Shown here: one piece after another, positions 1 to 13,932 of the stretch
Layout of the letters: every line of letters starts with the position of its first letter
Numbering within the stretch: the stretch's first letter is position 1
Assembly: GCA_038087875.1 (NCBI GenBank)
Contig: CM075977.1
Span: 50,344,001-50,408,000 of the forward strand
DNA length: 64,000 nucleotides
Source: Malacoraja senta
Taxonomy: Eukaryota
Direction of reading: 5' to 3'
Translations under genes and position numbers: made by a program
The notes under the pieces: generated by a model
Told to the model about the DNA's origin: nothing
Seen by the model: only the letters and a program-made list of their open reading frames with translations
The model's database searches: none

Positions 1-91
1 CTGGGGATGTCAGTGAGGATTGAATAGATGCGGGAATGGGGATCAGTGCGGGATGGAGTGGAGGGGTCCCAGGATAAGGGGGTGGCGTACA

Positions 92-124
<33 letters not shown>

Positions 125-310
125 CGAGGTGGGGAGGAAGGAAGGTCAGCGCTCCTCGGACAACATCGCCCCGCTGCCTTGGCCGTTGGGAACTCCTCGC
201 CACCGCCTCCCTCCTCCGCCAGCCAACAGCAAGGTGCAGGGCCGGGCGGTGCAGCTCAGAGATCCTATAGCTATAAGATCTTTGGTGCAGCTGCTTCAGA
301 CGAGTCGGAG

Positions 311-603
311 CGAATGACGGGCTTCGCACAGCGGCAGCAGCGGCTCCATCTCCTCCTTCCGCCCGCCGTGATAAGGGCCTCTGCTTCCAAACCCGCTAAC
401 GGCGATAACCGCTTTCGAAACAAACCCTCCCTCCCGCACACTGAGGCCTCCCCCTCCCTCTCTCCCCCCTCCCGGCCTCGGCGTGCGGGTGGGTTTGTAG
501 CGGATTTACAAGCAGCGGCCCTTATCAGGGCGGGCGGGGGGCGGGAGGAGGAGATGGAGCCGCATCGCGGTCGCTGCTGCCGCTGTTCGAAGCCCGTCAT
601 TCG
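311..603. repeat. GC-rich imperfect inverted repeat (arms about 311-398 and 499-603)
   Basis: CGAATGACGGGCTTCG(C/A)ACAGCGGCAGCAGCG...GCTCCATCTCCTCC...TGATAAGGGCC is present in both orientations. Confidence 0.85.
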
Positions 604-858
604 TTATGACCCTTCCTCACCCCGCACCTAGTATCTTTGCCCCGCACAGCCGCCGCCGACACGAAACGTCACGTTCCTTTTCTCCAGAGATGCTGCCTGA
701 CCCGCGGAGTTACTCCAGTTTTTTGTGTCTATTTTCGGTACAAGCCAGTATCTGGTTGCCAAGCCGGGCAAAATGACTCGGTGTTCAGGTTGCCCGGCGG
801 CGCTTTGAGTGGTCAGTGGCACCCGGGCAACTGCTAATTTTGAGCCCTGCCCTCTATC

Positions 859-1628
859 CATGGGCGGAAATCCAGGCGGGGGCAGGGGGACACGTTTCCC
901 ACCCCGCCCCCCCATGTTTTCAGAGGTGGGAAACAATCCCCCCAATGTTTTATGAAACGTGTATTTTGCAATCAGTTCCCATCCGACCGCATGCATGGTC
1001 AGCTGGCTCAGACTCTGAAAAGAATTAGACTGAAAAGAAAAGACTCTGAAAATGTCATCCTTTGTTAATGATAAACGCTCATCCATTCATATTCATTACA
1101 AGCTTTGTAAAGTATTGTGTCGGGTTTAATGAGTAGTGTACTGCAGAACGATTCGAGTCGTTTATCACTTCATTCCTCTGACTGAGACGAATGATGTGTT
1201 AACTGTCACTGTTAACTGCTACATCGATATGCATCCCTTATTCCTCAGTAAATATAATTGTGTTTAATACATCTAAGAATACAAAGTTTTAGGTTGCCTA
1301 TAATGCAGATCATTTATATATTGCTTGGTTTTAATAGCTTGGTTTCCATACTACAGCTTGAAAGTGTCCTCTCCTATATTATGTTGTCCAGCATGTTGTC
1401 CAGTGTACTTTAAATCTGTGGTACAGATCTACACTAATTTACTCATTCTAACGGCCTGATAGTAGAAGCGTCCATGTCGCAGGGCTGGAAACTGGAAGAA
1501 TCCTGAGCTAATTACTATCCACAGGGCCCACGGCTGAAGCCACCGAAGCCTCGCGTGTGTGTGTGTGCGTGCGCAGCCGCCAAGAAAGTGCGCCCCCCCC
1601 CATGTTTTGATAGCGATTTCCGCCCCTG
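859..1628. mobile_element. Non-autonomous hAT-type DNA transposon
   Basis: TIR CA(T/G)GGGCGGAAATC at both ends (one mismatch). 8-bp TSD CCTCTATC at 851-858 and 1629-1636. Confidence 0.85.
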
Positions 1629-1639
1629 CCTCTATCACT

Positions 1640-1985
1640 ATTAACACACTCCTTGACTGCATCTCATTTGGTTCCTGTACCTCTGCTCTCAATCCTTCTT
1701 CTCTAGGATAGAACAAGGATACAGTTTCCTTAATCCTCACCTTCCACTCCACCAGTCCCTGCAATCAAAAAAATCTTTCGCTGGCATTTCTGCCAATTTC
1801 AAAGAGACTCCACCACCAGAAGGGCCTCGACCTGAAACGTCACCTATTCCTTCGCTCCATAGATGCTGCCTCACCCGCTGAGTTTCTCCAGCATTTTATC
1901 CACCACCAGACTCCTCTTTCCCTCTACTCCCATTTTCAATATTTTGCAGGGACCATTCCATTCCTATCTGGTCCACTTTTCATTT
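1640..1985 (+). mobile_element. Degenerate Penelope fragment containing a 78-nt Penelope-terminus insertion (1821-1898) with 12-bp TSD
   Basis: Similar to 3690-3860. TSD TCCACCACCAGA at 1809-1820 and 1899-1910. Confidence 0.65.
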
Positions 1986-3644
1986 CTATGTCACTTTTTA
2001 TGAATTCTACCCAGTGATGCTGCTTGTCCCGCTGAGTAACTCCTGCATTTTGTGTCTATCTTTAGTGTAAACTAGCATCTGCAGTTCCTTCCTACACATT
2101 CTGATTTGTTATTTCCTTTCTCTTGTTTTGTGATTAATGTGACCTTGTGACCAGTGACCTTGATATAGTTTTGCAGTATATACAACATAAAATCAATCAT
2201 ATCCTGAATCATGGACATCTGCAAATGTTCACGTCAAGTTGGTGAATGTAGTATTCCTGATTTCTAATCAGTACTTTTTCTTTTTGTTATTCCCTATTGT
2301 TTGATGCTGCCCATTTGTGAATGCCATTTGTAATTTTTTCAGTGAACTCTGTGTTAGTTATTTAGATTTTACAATGACAATACCTAAAAACGACTTGTCT
2401 TTCGAAGTATTATGGAAAAATGGGCATTACTAAATGTTTATTGCCTATCTCTATTTGGCACTTTATTGAATTGCTGCAAATTATGTTACCATGATTTATG
2501 TAACATTCTATTGTGTTGTGTTTATCTTATTTGTGTGCTGCATGGTAACTCAAATTTCACTGCACCAATTGGTGTAATGGCAATAAATGTCCTTTGTCCT
2601 TTGTAATTGAGTGACTTCCTTAATGAGGCAGATGTGCTGGTGTGGGATAGAATTCTGTACAGGCACCTGTAGGTTTCTGTACAAGAACACCTGTGAGAAA
2701 ATGAACGGAGCAGCTAATTTAGACAAACACGAGACTGCAGTATATCGAGCAATAGATCTTGAGCAAAAGAACTCAGCGGGTAATCATGAAAAAGATAGAA
2801 AGTGCTGAAGTAACTCATCGGGTCACGCAGCATCTCTGAGAACGTGGATAGATAAGGTTCCAGACTGGTTCATACTGGAGAAAGGTTTTGATCTGAAATA
2901 TTGTCTGTCCATATCCTTCCACAGATGCTGTCTGTCTTGCTGAGTTCCCACAGCAGTTTGTTTTACGCTGCTTCAGAGAATCAAACCCTGACCTCTGGTG
3001 CTTCCCGTATGGAATTTGCAAGTTCTCCTTGCAACCGCATGGGTTTCTACCTGGTGCTGCAGTTTCCTCCATGTTCTGAGGACACGTGGTTTTGTGGGTT
3101 AATTGGCCTGTATAAATTGCCATAGAATACTGGGTGGGTGCAAAAGTATGATAACATGAAGCTGTGGAACAGTCCACCTGGGTGGGCAGAAGGGCCTGTT
3201 TCCATGCAGTATCTTTCTATCAATCAATCAACTACAGTCACTTTAATTTGTCTCTAATTAACTGAAATTTCAAGAAACATACTTGTCGCAATTGACTGCA
3301 GTTTGTCATGGTTGTTCCAATGCATTTGTTTGGCTGCTGATTGTGTTTGAATTATGTTATGGTATTTAAAATATTGAATTTTACTTCTGCGTAATGGATT
3401 AAATAATCAAAGCTTTTCTTGTCGGCCTGTAAGCTTTGCCATTTCTCTATTTGGCCACCAGATGGAGTAGAATGAAATATAACCAGTGGAAATGCTCAGC
3501 AGGTCAGGCAGCATCTGGAAAGAGAAACAGTTTATCTTTCCAGAGAAACAGTTTAATGTTTCAGGTTGCACAAATGCTACTTGACCTGAGTGCATCCAAC
3601 ATTTTCTGGTTTTATTTTGGATTGGCAGCATCTGCTTTTATTTG

Positions 3645-4520
3645 AGAGAAGAAGTTTATTTGCTCTTGCTCCCCCTCCCCCCATTTGCAACAAGGACAGA
3701 GTCCCCCTTGTACTCACTTTCCATCCCATCACTGTCGCATACAGCATGTAATCCTCCAACACTTTCGCCACCTCCAAAGGGATCCCAGTACTGGCCACAT
3801 CTTCCCATCTCCACCCTTTCTGCTTTCTGCAGAGACCGTTCCCTGTGTAACTCCCTGGGCAACTCGTCCCTTCCCACCCCGTCCCCAGGTACTTTCCCTT
3901 GCAACCGCAGGAGATGCAACACCTGTCCCCCCCCCCCCCCCCCCCGACTCCATCCAAGGACCCCAACAGTCTTTTCTGGTGAGGTAGAGGTTCACTTGCA
4001 CCTCCTCCAACCTCATCTACTGTATCCACTGTTCCAGGTGTCAACTTCTGTATATCGGCAAGAGCAAACGCAGGCTCGGCGATCGTTTTTGCTGAATATC
4101 TCCGCTCAGTCCGCGTTAACCCACCTGATCTCCCGGTTGCTCAACACTAACTCCCCCTCCCATTCCTAATCTGACGTTTCTGTCCTGGGCATCCTCCATT
4201 GTCAGAGTGAGGCCCAGTGCAAATTGGAGGAATAGCACATCATATTTTGCTTGGGTACCTTCCACCCCAGCGGTATGAACATTGACTTCTCTAACTTCAA
4301 ATAGCCCTTGCTTTCCCTTTCTCTCCATCCCCTCCCCCTTCACAGTTCTCCCATCAATCTTACTGTCTCTGACTACATTCTATCTCTGTCCCGCCCACTC
4401 CCCTGACATCAGTCTGAAAAAGGGTCTCGACCTGAAATGTCACCCATTCCTTCTCTCCAGAGATGCTGCCTGTCCCGCTGAGTTACTCAAGCATTTTGTG
4501 TCTACCTTTGATTTAGAACC
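3645..4520 (+). mobile_element. Penelope-like element 3' fragment (GIY-YIG endonuclease region plus terminal repeat)
   Basis: Frameshifted translation includes GTFPCNRRRCNTC and FTCTSSNLIYCIHCSRCQLLYIGKSKRRLGDRF (GIY-YIG-type YIG). Ends in the CTGA..AGGGTCTCGACCTGAAA terminal motif shared with many short repeats in the window. Confidence 0.85.
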
Positions 4521-7500
4521 TGCAAACTTCTATGGATTATAACCACAAAGTCTTTGGAACGCCGGTTACATGAGCAAGAAAAATGATCCAGCTAATCCAA
4601 GTGTACATTTAAAAGTGTTTCCCATAGTCTGATTTTTAAAAGACTAAAGGAATGTTGCCCTCCTTGGAATGTATGTTGCTTATTGTATTCCTGAATGGAG
4701 ATAAATGTCACAGCTAAGGTAGAGAACCCTCCCCTCCCAATGTAGTTCTGCATCCAACACCCTCCCCCCAAACCCTCAAGGACAAATCTTGTTTATATTA
4801 ACAACTTTAGTCTTTTTATTTGCAATCATGTTCTCCTGCTAACTGCTTTCATTTTATTGATATAGATGCATCTTGCAGGAATTGGTAAAGCTGTGTCTAA
4901 TGGCAAGTCTTAAATGGATTCACCATTTTCAAATCACCTTTGCTTAAGTCTTTATGGTTGGCTGTTGGCACAAAGGTTGCTGAAATTGTCGTATGACTCG
5001 ACTACAAGCTGCCTGTTCAAATATTTAAGGTTTTTGCTAGAGATTATGAGGAGGTCTTTACCATCAGAAAATCATCACTGTAGCTTTTCAATTATGTTCC
5101 AGAATGTGATGATATTGTGATTTTCTTAAGGTAAACATGACATTAGGCTGCTATTTGAAATGCATCTCTCTTCCTCCCATTTCCCCTCCATCATTAGATC
5201 TGTGAATTATAAACCAGGGTTCCTTTCTATTGAAATCTTACACATGCTGCCACTGCAGAGTTCCAGTCACTGTCTTACTTTTTTGTAAATATTTATTAGA
5301 AATGAGTGTGCAAATTCTCCTCTGGTTTGTTCGACATGCTTCAGGATGTGTACCAAAATGGAAAGCATACTGTTCTGTAGAAGACGGTAGACTGCTCCAG
5401 GTGCTGGCATTAGTCCAGAGAAACTAGACCTTGCAGATCTGTGTTATAGCCAGCTGAATGGCTGTTCCGTTCCCCACTGAGGCGGCCTCTTATTTTTTGC
5501 TCTCCCTGAGCTGTCATTTGAGATTGCTAATTGGATGCAGACTTTGCATAGACAAACAGTGACTTACAGGAAATGCATGGTTTGGAGTTTATCTGGGAAG
5601 TAAGGGGAAGGTCCGAAACAGTCAAATAGTCTGAGGCAAGGAAAGTGTAGCTGTACTTTATAGTTCTCTTGGTATTTGCTTAATAATCAAATACATTTAT
5701 TGCAAATGTATATTTTATCAAACGTTTTTGAAAACAGCATTGTATTCAGATTATCAAAGCAAAAAAAACTTTAGGAAGGAATGTGAAATCCTTCTCTGCA
5801 GCTGACGGGATTTTCCAAAAAGGATGACAACAGGATTTTACAGTTTGTGAGCAGGAAGTAACCACCACATTTTGTCACTCAGTGAGTTTATTTATTTTGC
5901 ACATTTAAAAGGTGTATTTAAAAACATTATCTAATCAAGATTTTTTGTTGTATTGGTGTCAGATATCTAATGCAAATATTGGTAATTGAGAGAGATACGA
6001 GTCTCCCTATTCATATGTATTAATGTGGGGATACTTAATTCAACAGACTGTTACTAAACAGTCTCCTGATTGTGTTGTATTACTGAATCTTCACAGTTCC
6101 TTGTCTTTTGACTTTTAGTTGCTGTCAGACGTAGATAATAAATATAGTTCTGAATGCATGCTAATGAAAATTTAAAAGAATTAGCACTTCATCTGAAAAA
6201 TATCTGCATAAAAATCTTTGCAGACATTTTAATGTTTTAAATGTAACTTAAGAAAAATCATGATTTAAGCTAATTTCTGCAAAAAGATGTGAAATGGTGC
6301 GCAACTTTGGATGAAATGGCTGCAACATGATTGATGTATTATAAAACTGATTGCCGTTTCCATTTACATTGCATGTTCAAAATCATGATTGCAGTGGGGC
6401 TTGGAATATATTTTTACATTTCCCATTTCAGTAGCATGGTGGGTTTAATAGTCCATATTTGATTCGGAAGAATTCTTCGACATTTGAGTAAAATCTATGC
6501 AATCTAGTCTAAATGTATTATGGTTTCATTTGTGTGCGGTTGGTCAGTCTTCATGAACAACTTTTGGGTTATTGAATGAAATAACCTTAAACAAAATGGA
6601 AATTTAAAATTTCAGGCTAGCTGTAAGAGAAAACGGTACAATGGTGGTTTATTAGATGTATCTGGGTACAGTGAAATGTTATTTTTGCATACAGCTCAAT
6701 AAAATCCTGCTATACATGAGCGCACTTAAGTACAAGAGTGTAAGAATAGTGGATTACATGAGTCGCCATGTTTCTGATGTTTTCTTCAATTTCAATGGGG
6801 GATTTTTAAATGTCGAGTTTTAATGTCCTTAAAGGTCTGTTGGCCTGGAAGAGGTCCCTTCCTGAGAACTGTCTGGAACTGTGAATTTCTCTTGTTAGAA
6901 ATATCTCTTTTTTTCCACAAATACGCATACCACATTTGGGTTCTATTAAGGTAGTTCCAAGGTCTGGAATTGGGGATTTAGTTTTTAAAAGAATGGATTA
7001 TGTTCTCTCTACTTTCATAAGGGACTTTGCAGATGAAATAAGTTTCATATATCCAGAGTCATAAATGTCATCTCGTGGATGTTTTCTCATACATATCATG
7101 TAACATTTGGCATTAGGCCTGTGACACTAGCAGATCAGTGGCAGTCATCATTGATCACTGACCAGAATGGAGCATGTTCCAAGTCTAAAATTGTGCATAT
7201 AATATAACATGGTTAATTTCATATTTCACATTATATAGTTAAACACAAGAATGGACACCTTCACCAGACTTATTTATTTATCTCCACTTGAGCTGAGATA
7301 CTTAAAATATATCAAGCCCAAATGTAACTTTGTTTCATTGGATGCTGTTTCATTTGGTTTACTAGGAAGTAATACAGAGAGTTTGCCACAAATTTGCTAT
7401 TACATTCTGCAGATCTATATATATCATAGGTTTTATAATTTGTTCAAATTGAGTTGATTGTCATGTGCACGGTGACCTACAGATACAGTGAAAATTTGTT

Positions 7501-10254
7501 TGCAGCAGCATCAGAGGTGCACAAACTTGGGCAAACATACAAAAACAAATTATACATAAATTCCTCAAAATTCTAAAAGACTGCAAAATAAAACCAACAC
7601 AGCAGTGAAAAATCATAATTAGAAAAAAAGGTGGGCTATGGTATTCGGTTGTCGTGGTATGATTAGGGTTGTATAGGTTGGTTCAAGAACATGACAGGTG
7701 TCAGTAAGTCGCTGTTCCTGATATTGGTGGAGTGGGTCTTTAGGCTTCTGTACCTCTTGCCTGTTGGTAGCAGCTTAATCTTTACTTCCTATAGCATTTG
7801 TAGGGTTTTTTTGGTCATATGTTGAAAGCAAAATTCCCAATGTAATCTAAGCAATGCATTCAGCATCTCAAAATTCCTCACACGTTGTGTTCTGGTTATC
7901 TGTTCTATCTGTAATTTTACTTTGCCATTGATAGATGCAATTGCTGGTGTAACTCAGTAAGTTAGGCAGCATTTTTGGAGAGAATGGATAGGTGATGTTA
8001 AGTGTTGGGACTCTTCTTCAGATTGATTGCAGAGGGGAATGGGGGTAAAACCTGGAAGAGAGAAGAGGGGCCAGTTTTTTTCAGTCTGTCTGAAGAAGGG
8101 TCCCATCCTGAAATGCCACCTATCCATTTTGTCCAGAGATGCTGCCTGACCGACTAGCTGAGTTACTCCATTTTGTGTCTATCTTTGGTATAAACTAGCA
8201 TTTGTTGCTCCTTGTTCGTTTGCCATTGGTGTTTGATAGAAAAACGTATTGACTTGGAAATTTAATCAAAACATATTGACTTAGAAATTCAAACACATAA
8301 TGCTTTTTTTAAACAATGATACATGTGAAAATATTTTTCTCTTCAGGACTGGAATGCAGCTACAATGTTTTCAAGATTGAATCACACCATCTGTGGAATA
8401 CAACAAGCCATTTCATATAATGGATCATGTATGTGCAGATTAGCCATTTTCCACATTGGATCTGCATGTAATGACACTGTGCAGAACTTTTTAGAAATTA
8501 AGGAAAGCTTATTTTCCATAGTTCTGAAATGATCCTGTCATCCCAACTGAATTTTAATAGCAATGCTTGATCTTCATTGGCACAAATTGAAGGGAGGCTT
8601 TCTGGGTTGATACAGACTAACATTTGCGAACCTGCCTCAGTTATATCCCCCGTCATTCTATTTAGCTCCTTGGTTCTCCTTTGAGGCTATCTGTTTTTTT
8701 CTACACCTGGTCCACAATCCCATATTCCACTGTCACAGCCCCCAATTTGCAAAATGTGACACTCCATCCATGGTTAAAAAAATATATATTATTCTGTATT
8801 GCTAATCTTGTACTAATCCTCTGGGCCTCTGAAGGTGTTCTGCTGAAGGAATTGGAATACAAGCAATTTTTTAATTTATTTTTTACTTTGAGTCGTTGAC
8901 ATTTAAGTTCTATTAAAGACCGACAAAACTGGTGCTGGATCAATTCGGCATAGTACAGGAGAAGATATAGGCAGCTGCTTTTCAATGAGCTTCAGGTTAT
9001 GGAGGATGAGACACTAACGAGGTGAACTTTGAAATTGTTCATAGTGGAAATGATTGATGCTGAAGAATGTTTTAGGACCAGATTGAATGGGGTAAAGGTA
9101 GAGATGGATGACAGAGTTAGGAGTAATGGGTTTGTTTGCGCAATAGGGGGATCATTATACTTTAAGTCATCTATTTTTCTTTTCTCGTTGTCCACATTAT
9201 CTATTTTAAAAGATGTCAGGATATTTAAGTTTTGTGTATGATGTGTGCCTGGAAAGGTAACAACAGTGCACACTTGCATAGAGCCCCTTATATAATAATG
9301 TGTAACACAAAATATATAATTAGTCCTGTGCTTTGCAGGGTTTGAGTGTGTTTGTTAGCATGACCATCCCACCATCTGATAACATTCAGTTTTGGGAAGG
9401 TAAATGTGCAAGAAGGTATTAAAAGATTACTTTTTATAATCTTAGTGATTCTTTATAAATTGCAAGATCTATTTCTGTCCTGTGTATGGCCATTGTTCAG
9501 ATCCTCCCAGTCTGTTTAAAAATGGAACATGCTTGTAAACATTCAGTAGACTGGGCAGCATAAGTGACAAACTATGTTAACCAGCTGTATCACATTTTGT
9601 TCTACCCATCTTTAATTTTCTTTGCCCATCCTCCTTCCCCACACTATGCTACCTCTATAACTGAACTAATATTTTGTGACTCTGAAAGTCAAAACTAATT
9701 TGATGACTCCTCTGTCACTGAAAATTGGAGTGGTTAACTTGTAATATTGATCAATGTACATCACTAAACAAAATAATTTAACTGCATTTACCTTTACAAT
9801 TCATATTGACAACCTCGCTCAAATGATTGGGGCTGTGGTTTGTATAAAGGGGAGGGGTAAAATATAAACCGTAAATGATCTTATCAGGCCAGCACAACTG
9901 AGCTTTGTCGTTGCACTCACTACTAAGTCCAGGAACAGAGTAGGACCAGCATCAGACCTGCAGCTTGTTTGATTCAGGTTGCAAGATGTAAGTGGAAGGC
10001 AAGAACCCACCAATTAATTTTGTTAGCTGATTGGTATGATTGCTTTGATGATCATTTAGCTGAACACTTGCCCACACAAGGTGCTTAACTTGTTCCTGCA
10101 ATTTCAGATTCAACGTCCATGTCTTTCATTGCCTTGATTCAATAATTCAGACCTGTTGATCGTTGCATTTACCAAGCAATTTGAAACTCTGGACTTATTT
10201 TTGCCCAAATGTGTCTTTGAACAGTTTTAGTCTGCTGATTTGATCTCATTAATG

Positions 10255-11295
10255 TAGCAATGTTACAAAATTTTGAGATTTTAAAAATAAAGTCTGCAAT
10301 TTATTCCATCAGATAAAGCATAAAAAGAAGTTTAATTTGACACTTAATTCACTTTCATATCTTCAGTATTAAAAAAGTTATGGCCATTATCATACTCAGA
10401 AATTAGCATCTAGTTCCCTATTGCTTTTCCATTGACTTAACACAAAAGCTGTGATCGAGGACAGTTAAAAGCCCATAACTTTCTTAAAAATTATGATAAC
10501 TGAAAGAAATTTTCAGTTATTATAGATTGAAGCATTCTGAAACAAATATGAAACAATCTTACTTCGAAGACATGAGAGTAAAGCATATAATTAGTTAGTT
10601 ACCTAATTGTAGCTAATTACAAAATTCAATTACTAGATCTAAACATCTATCAATTTCTTAAGAATAGATTAACATTTTTAAATAGCCTAAGTGTCCAAAT
10701 AACATTCACACAATAATTCACAATATAACATAATTTTTAAATCTAATTTTCATGAATTTACAGGCCAAATGGCAGGAATTGAATGTTTAATACCTGTAAA
10801 TTAATGGGGATTTAAATCATCTTGTGAGTGAGGATTTCTGGAACGCGATCTTTTGGAACGTTCATTTGCGGTGAATTTAACCCCGTATTGGCATGAAAAA
10901 TACTGCCGTTAATTCGGGGAATAAAATCACCGTGTCGCATGAAAAAATGTGAATTAAAGGCTTCTTAAGAAGCACTTTTATACATTTAAAGAAACCACTT
11001 TCGTTTACCTGCCCCGTGTGTGAAATCCGTCCCCGTTATCGGCGTTGACGCTTCAGGAGCTGATTTTAAAATTACTCTAGCGCTGACATTGACGATTTAA
11101 TAAAAATAAAAAATACACAAATCGCCACTAGGAATGATTTGTCAGCCAAGGCTTGTACTCCAACAAAATATTAACCAGGACAAGGGAGGAGAAACCCGCA
11201 TTTTAACCCCGCCCCCCCTTAAAGGCGCCAAAATCGCGCACACGGCCAGTGGCAGAATTACAGAACGACTGAAGGTAAGTTTTGTAACATACCTA
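10255..11295. mobile_element. Non-autonomous DNA transposon with TAG...CTA ends, superfamily uncertain
   Basis: Imperfect TIRs TAGCAATGTTACAAAA and TTTTGTAACATACCTA. Direct repeat ATTAATG(T) at 10248 and 11296 (7-8 bp TSD). Confidence 0.7.
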
Positions 11296-11653
11296 ATTAA
11301 TGTGCTTTACCTTTTGTGAAGAGAACATGAATCCATACGCTCATAAATGGATTTATGATCGGGGATCGTGCCAGCCAGCCACAGTGTTCTCTCTCTCTCT
11401 CTTTTTTAATATCGGTTAATGTTAAATCTTTGTGATGCATCATCTATACCCGTTTGCATAAATCTGAAATGTGACCAATTTAGGTTCTCCAGAGATGCTG
11501 TCAAACCCACTGAGTTATTCTGGCACTTGAGATTTTTTTTTGGAAAGCAACATCTGCAGTTCCTTGTTTCTAATCTCTACCTTCGACTACATGGGAGCCT
11601 CTTCTGCAAAAGACTAAATGAGGCATGATTTACACTCGCTACACTGGCGAGTA

Positions 11654-12138
11654 AAGGGCCTGTCCCACTTACGTGACCTTGCCTCGCAAATTACGCGACC
11701 TCGTGGTCGCTTGAGGCGTTCGGGCACCGTATGGCCGCGTGGGGCCGGTCCCACTTAGAAGCGCGGAGTTGTGCGGGGCTGGTCCCGACATCGCGCGGGG
11801 CTCCAAAAATCTGACAGTGTTCGAAATCTTCGCGCGCCAACGGCCTGTCGGCATGCAGGTGCATTGCGGTCGTACGCAGCGTCTTGACGGCGTACGCAGC
11901 GTCTTGACAGCGTACGCCTAGCGCGTGGCGTTGCGCGATGACGTCACCGCCCAGCATGGCGTTGCGTGATGACGTCACCACCCGACGCCGTGCGATGCCC
12001 AAATTCAGTCGGCCCGCCTCCTGCCCAGCTGATTGGTAAGTATGACGCAAATGACGTCACGCGTGTACTTAGCGTGAACTCCGCTTCTGTTTGGTCGCGC
12101 CAAACGCATGCAATCGCATGCAAGTGAGACAGGCCCTT
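11654..12138. mobile_element. GC-rich MITE (PIF/Harbinger-like)
   Basis: TIR AAGGGCCTGTC(C/T)CACTT flanked by TA/TWA. CpG-rich and internally repetitive (CGTACGCAGCGTCTTGAC twice; GATGACGTCAC repeats). Confidence 0.8.
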
Positions 12139-13932
12139 TAAGGCATTATGCATTAAATTCCCTTCAACGAGTTTTGAATCGACTAATCCAGGTTAGGGTG
12201 TGCTTATAATTGAACTGATTAAGGACATGTAGGGAATAAATTGCCAACGTGGGATCTATTAATTTTAGTGAGAATATGGTAACATTTAAAGTGACTGGAA
12301 GATGTCAATTAAATAAGTGTCTCCTTGAGAACTCACACAAGTGTGATGGACTGAGTAGTTTTCTGGATTTAATTTTTTTTTTTCCTGAGAATAAAAATAT
12401 TCTAAGGTATATTCCTAGTATTTAATTACGCAAACTTCTAATGCCATCAAATTTTCAGATATTTTCAGATATCAACTACAGGCCAAACTATCAAACTTGA
12501 TGTAAATTAGCTTATGGCTAAGACAAGGCAGATTTCATGGCATGAATTTCATTAACAGGTGGCCAAGTTGCTAGGGAACCATAAGGTGGCTCAGCAAATT
12601 AGTAATTGTCGATGGATGTTCAAGATTAACTAATCTCCAAAGAAAATGGGTGGTCTGTGTGCTTTATATATCTGCATCTTTTAGCTGTGTGACCATGTAT
12701 ATGCATGTTGTGTGATAGGAAATTTAGCTTCATTTCTGTGTATTATAAACAATTCTGAGTAAAACATTAGATGGTGAGCTGGATGCAGAACGAAGCCACC
12801 TCTTCCAGTTGATCTCATCCAAAAATAGAGAAATTGCACACTGGGTACTATTTATGATTTTTTTTGCTAGTTGATAGTCAATAGTTTATTACGCTAAGAA
12901 TGTTTGTCTACCAGTGTTTGGCTTCTCATTTTTGTGGCAATCCTATGCTCTTTAAAAAAAAAACAATTAAAAAAAAGTAGGGGGGATTGACATGATCTAC
13001 TGGGTAGCAGTTCTCTCTGCCTCCTTGTATGCTTCTAAAATGTGAACTACATACTGCATTCCTTGGCACATATATATACCATCAATTCTGTCTTTATCAT
13101 CGTCCAAATTCATTGGAAGGATACGTGAACCAATGTCATTGACTTCTCTCAGACCAACATCAGCGGTGTTGAGGCCCTAATGCACTTGGTCAACGACATT
13201 GGGCAGGCCACATATCCACTGCAATAGACCCACTATTCCAAGGTTTGTTATGAGAAGAGTTTAGCAGGTGGACGGAGGAAGAAAATACAAGGATATGTTC
13301 AAAACCTCTTTGAAGATATGCAGCACACCCTCTAACTCCCAGGAAGCTCTGAACTATTCCAGCTTTAAGTAGAGGTGGAACATTTGGCAAGGTATGGAGA
13401 AGCTCAAGGCCTGCAATGGAGTCTTTACATTAGCAGAAGTAGACATCTTCAAACTACCCACGCCGTCTGGATTGTCCTAATTATTTTGTAAACTTGACGC
13501 AGCATTGAATTGTTGTTCAATGACAGAATTTACTTCTCTTGCAAAAACATCTTCAATGACTGTATAGCTAGACAATTGGCTCCAGTGCCGTCATTGCATT
13601 TGCTGGCAACACCACTGTTGTTGGATGAATAACGGGTAATTGAGTCAGAGTGCAGGAGAGGGATTGAAAGTCTGATTGAATGATACCAGAACAAAAATCT
13701 TGTTCTCAAGGTTGCCATCGTTGCCATTGCAAAGAAAGCTCATCAATGCCTATTTTTCCTTAAAAGATTGAGGAGATTTGGTATGACAACAAATGTCAAA
13801 CTTCTACGTATGTATGTATGGTAGAGAGCATGCTGATTGCTGGCATCACAGCCTGGTCTGGCAACTTCAGTGCCCAGGAACAAAGACCTCGGAGGATGGT
13901 AGACTGCCCAATCCACCATTGAGCTGATTAAG

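Noticed and set aside
20-631. 203-aa ORF and possible CpG-island promoter at the window start
   Set aside because: Low-complexity GC-rich sequence with inverted repeats and transposon-like ends. No recognisable protein and no convincing exon structure.
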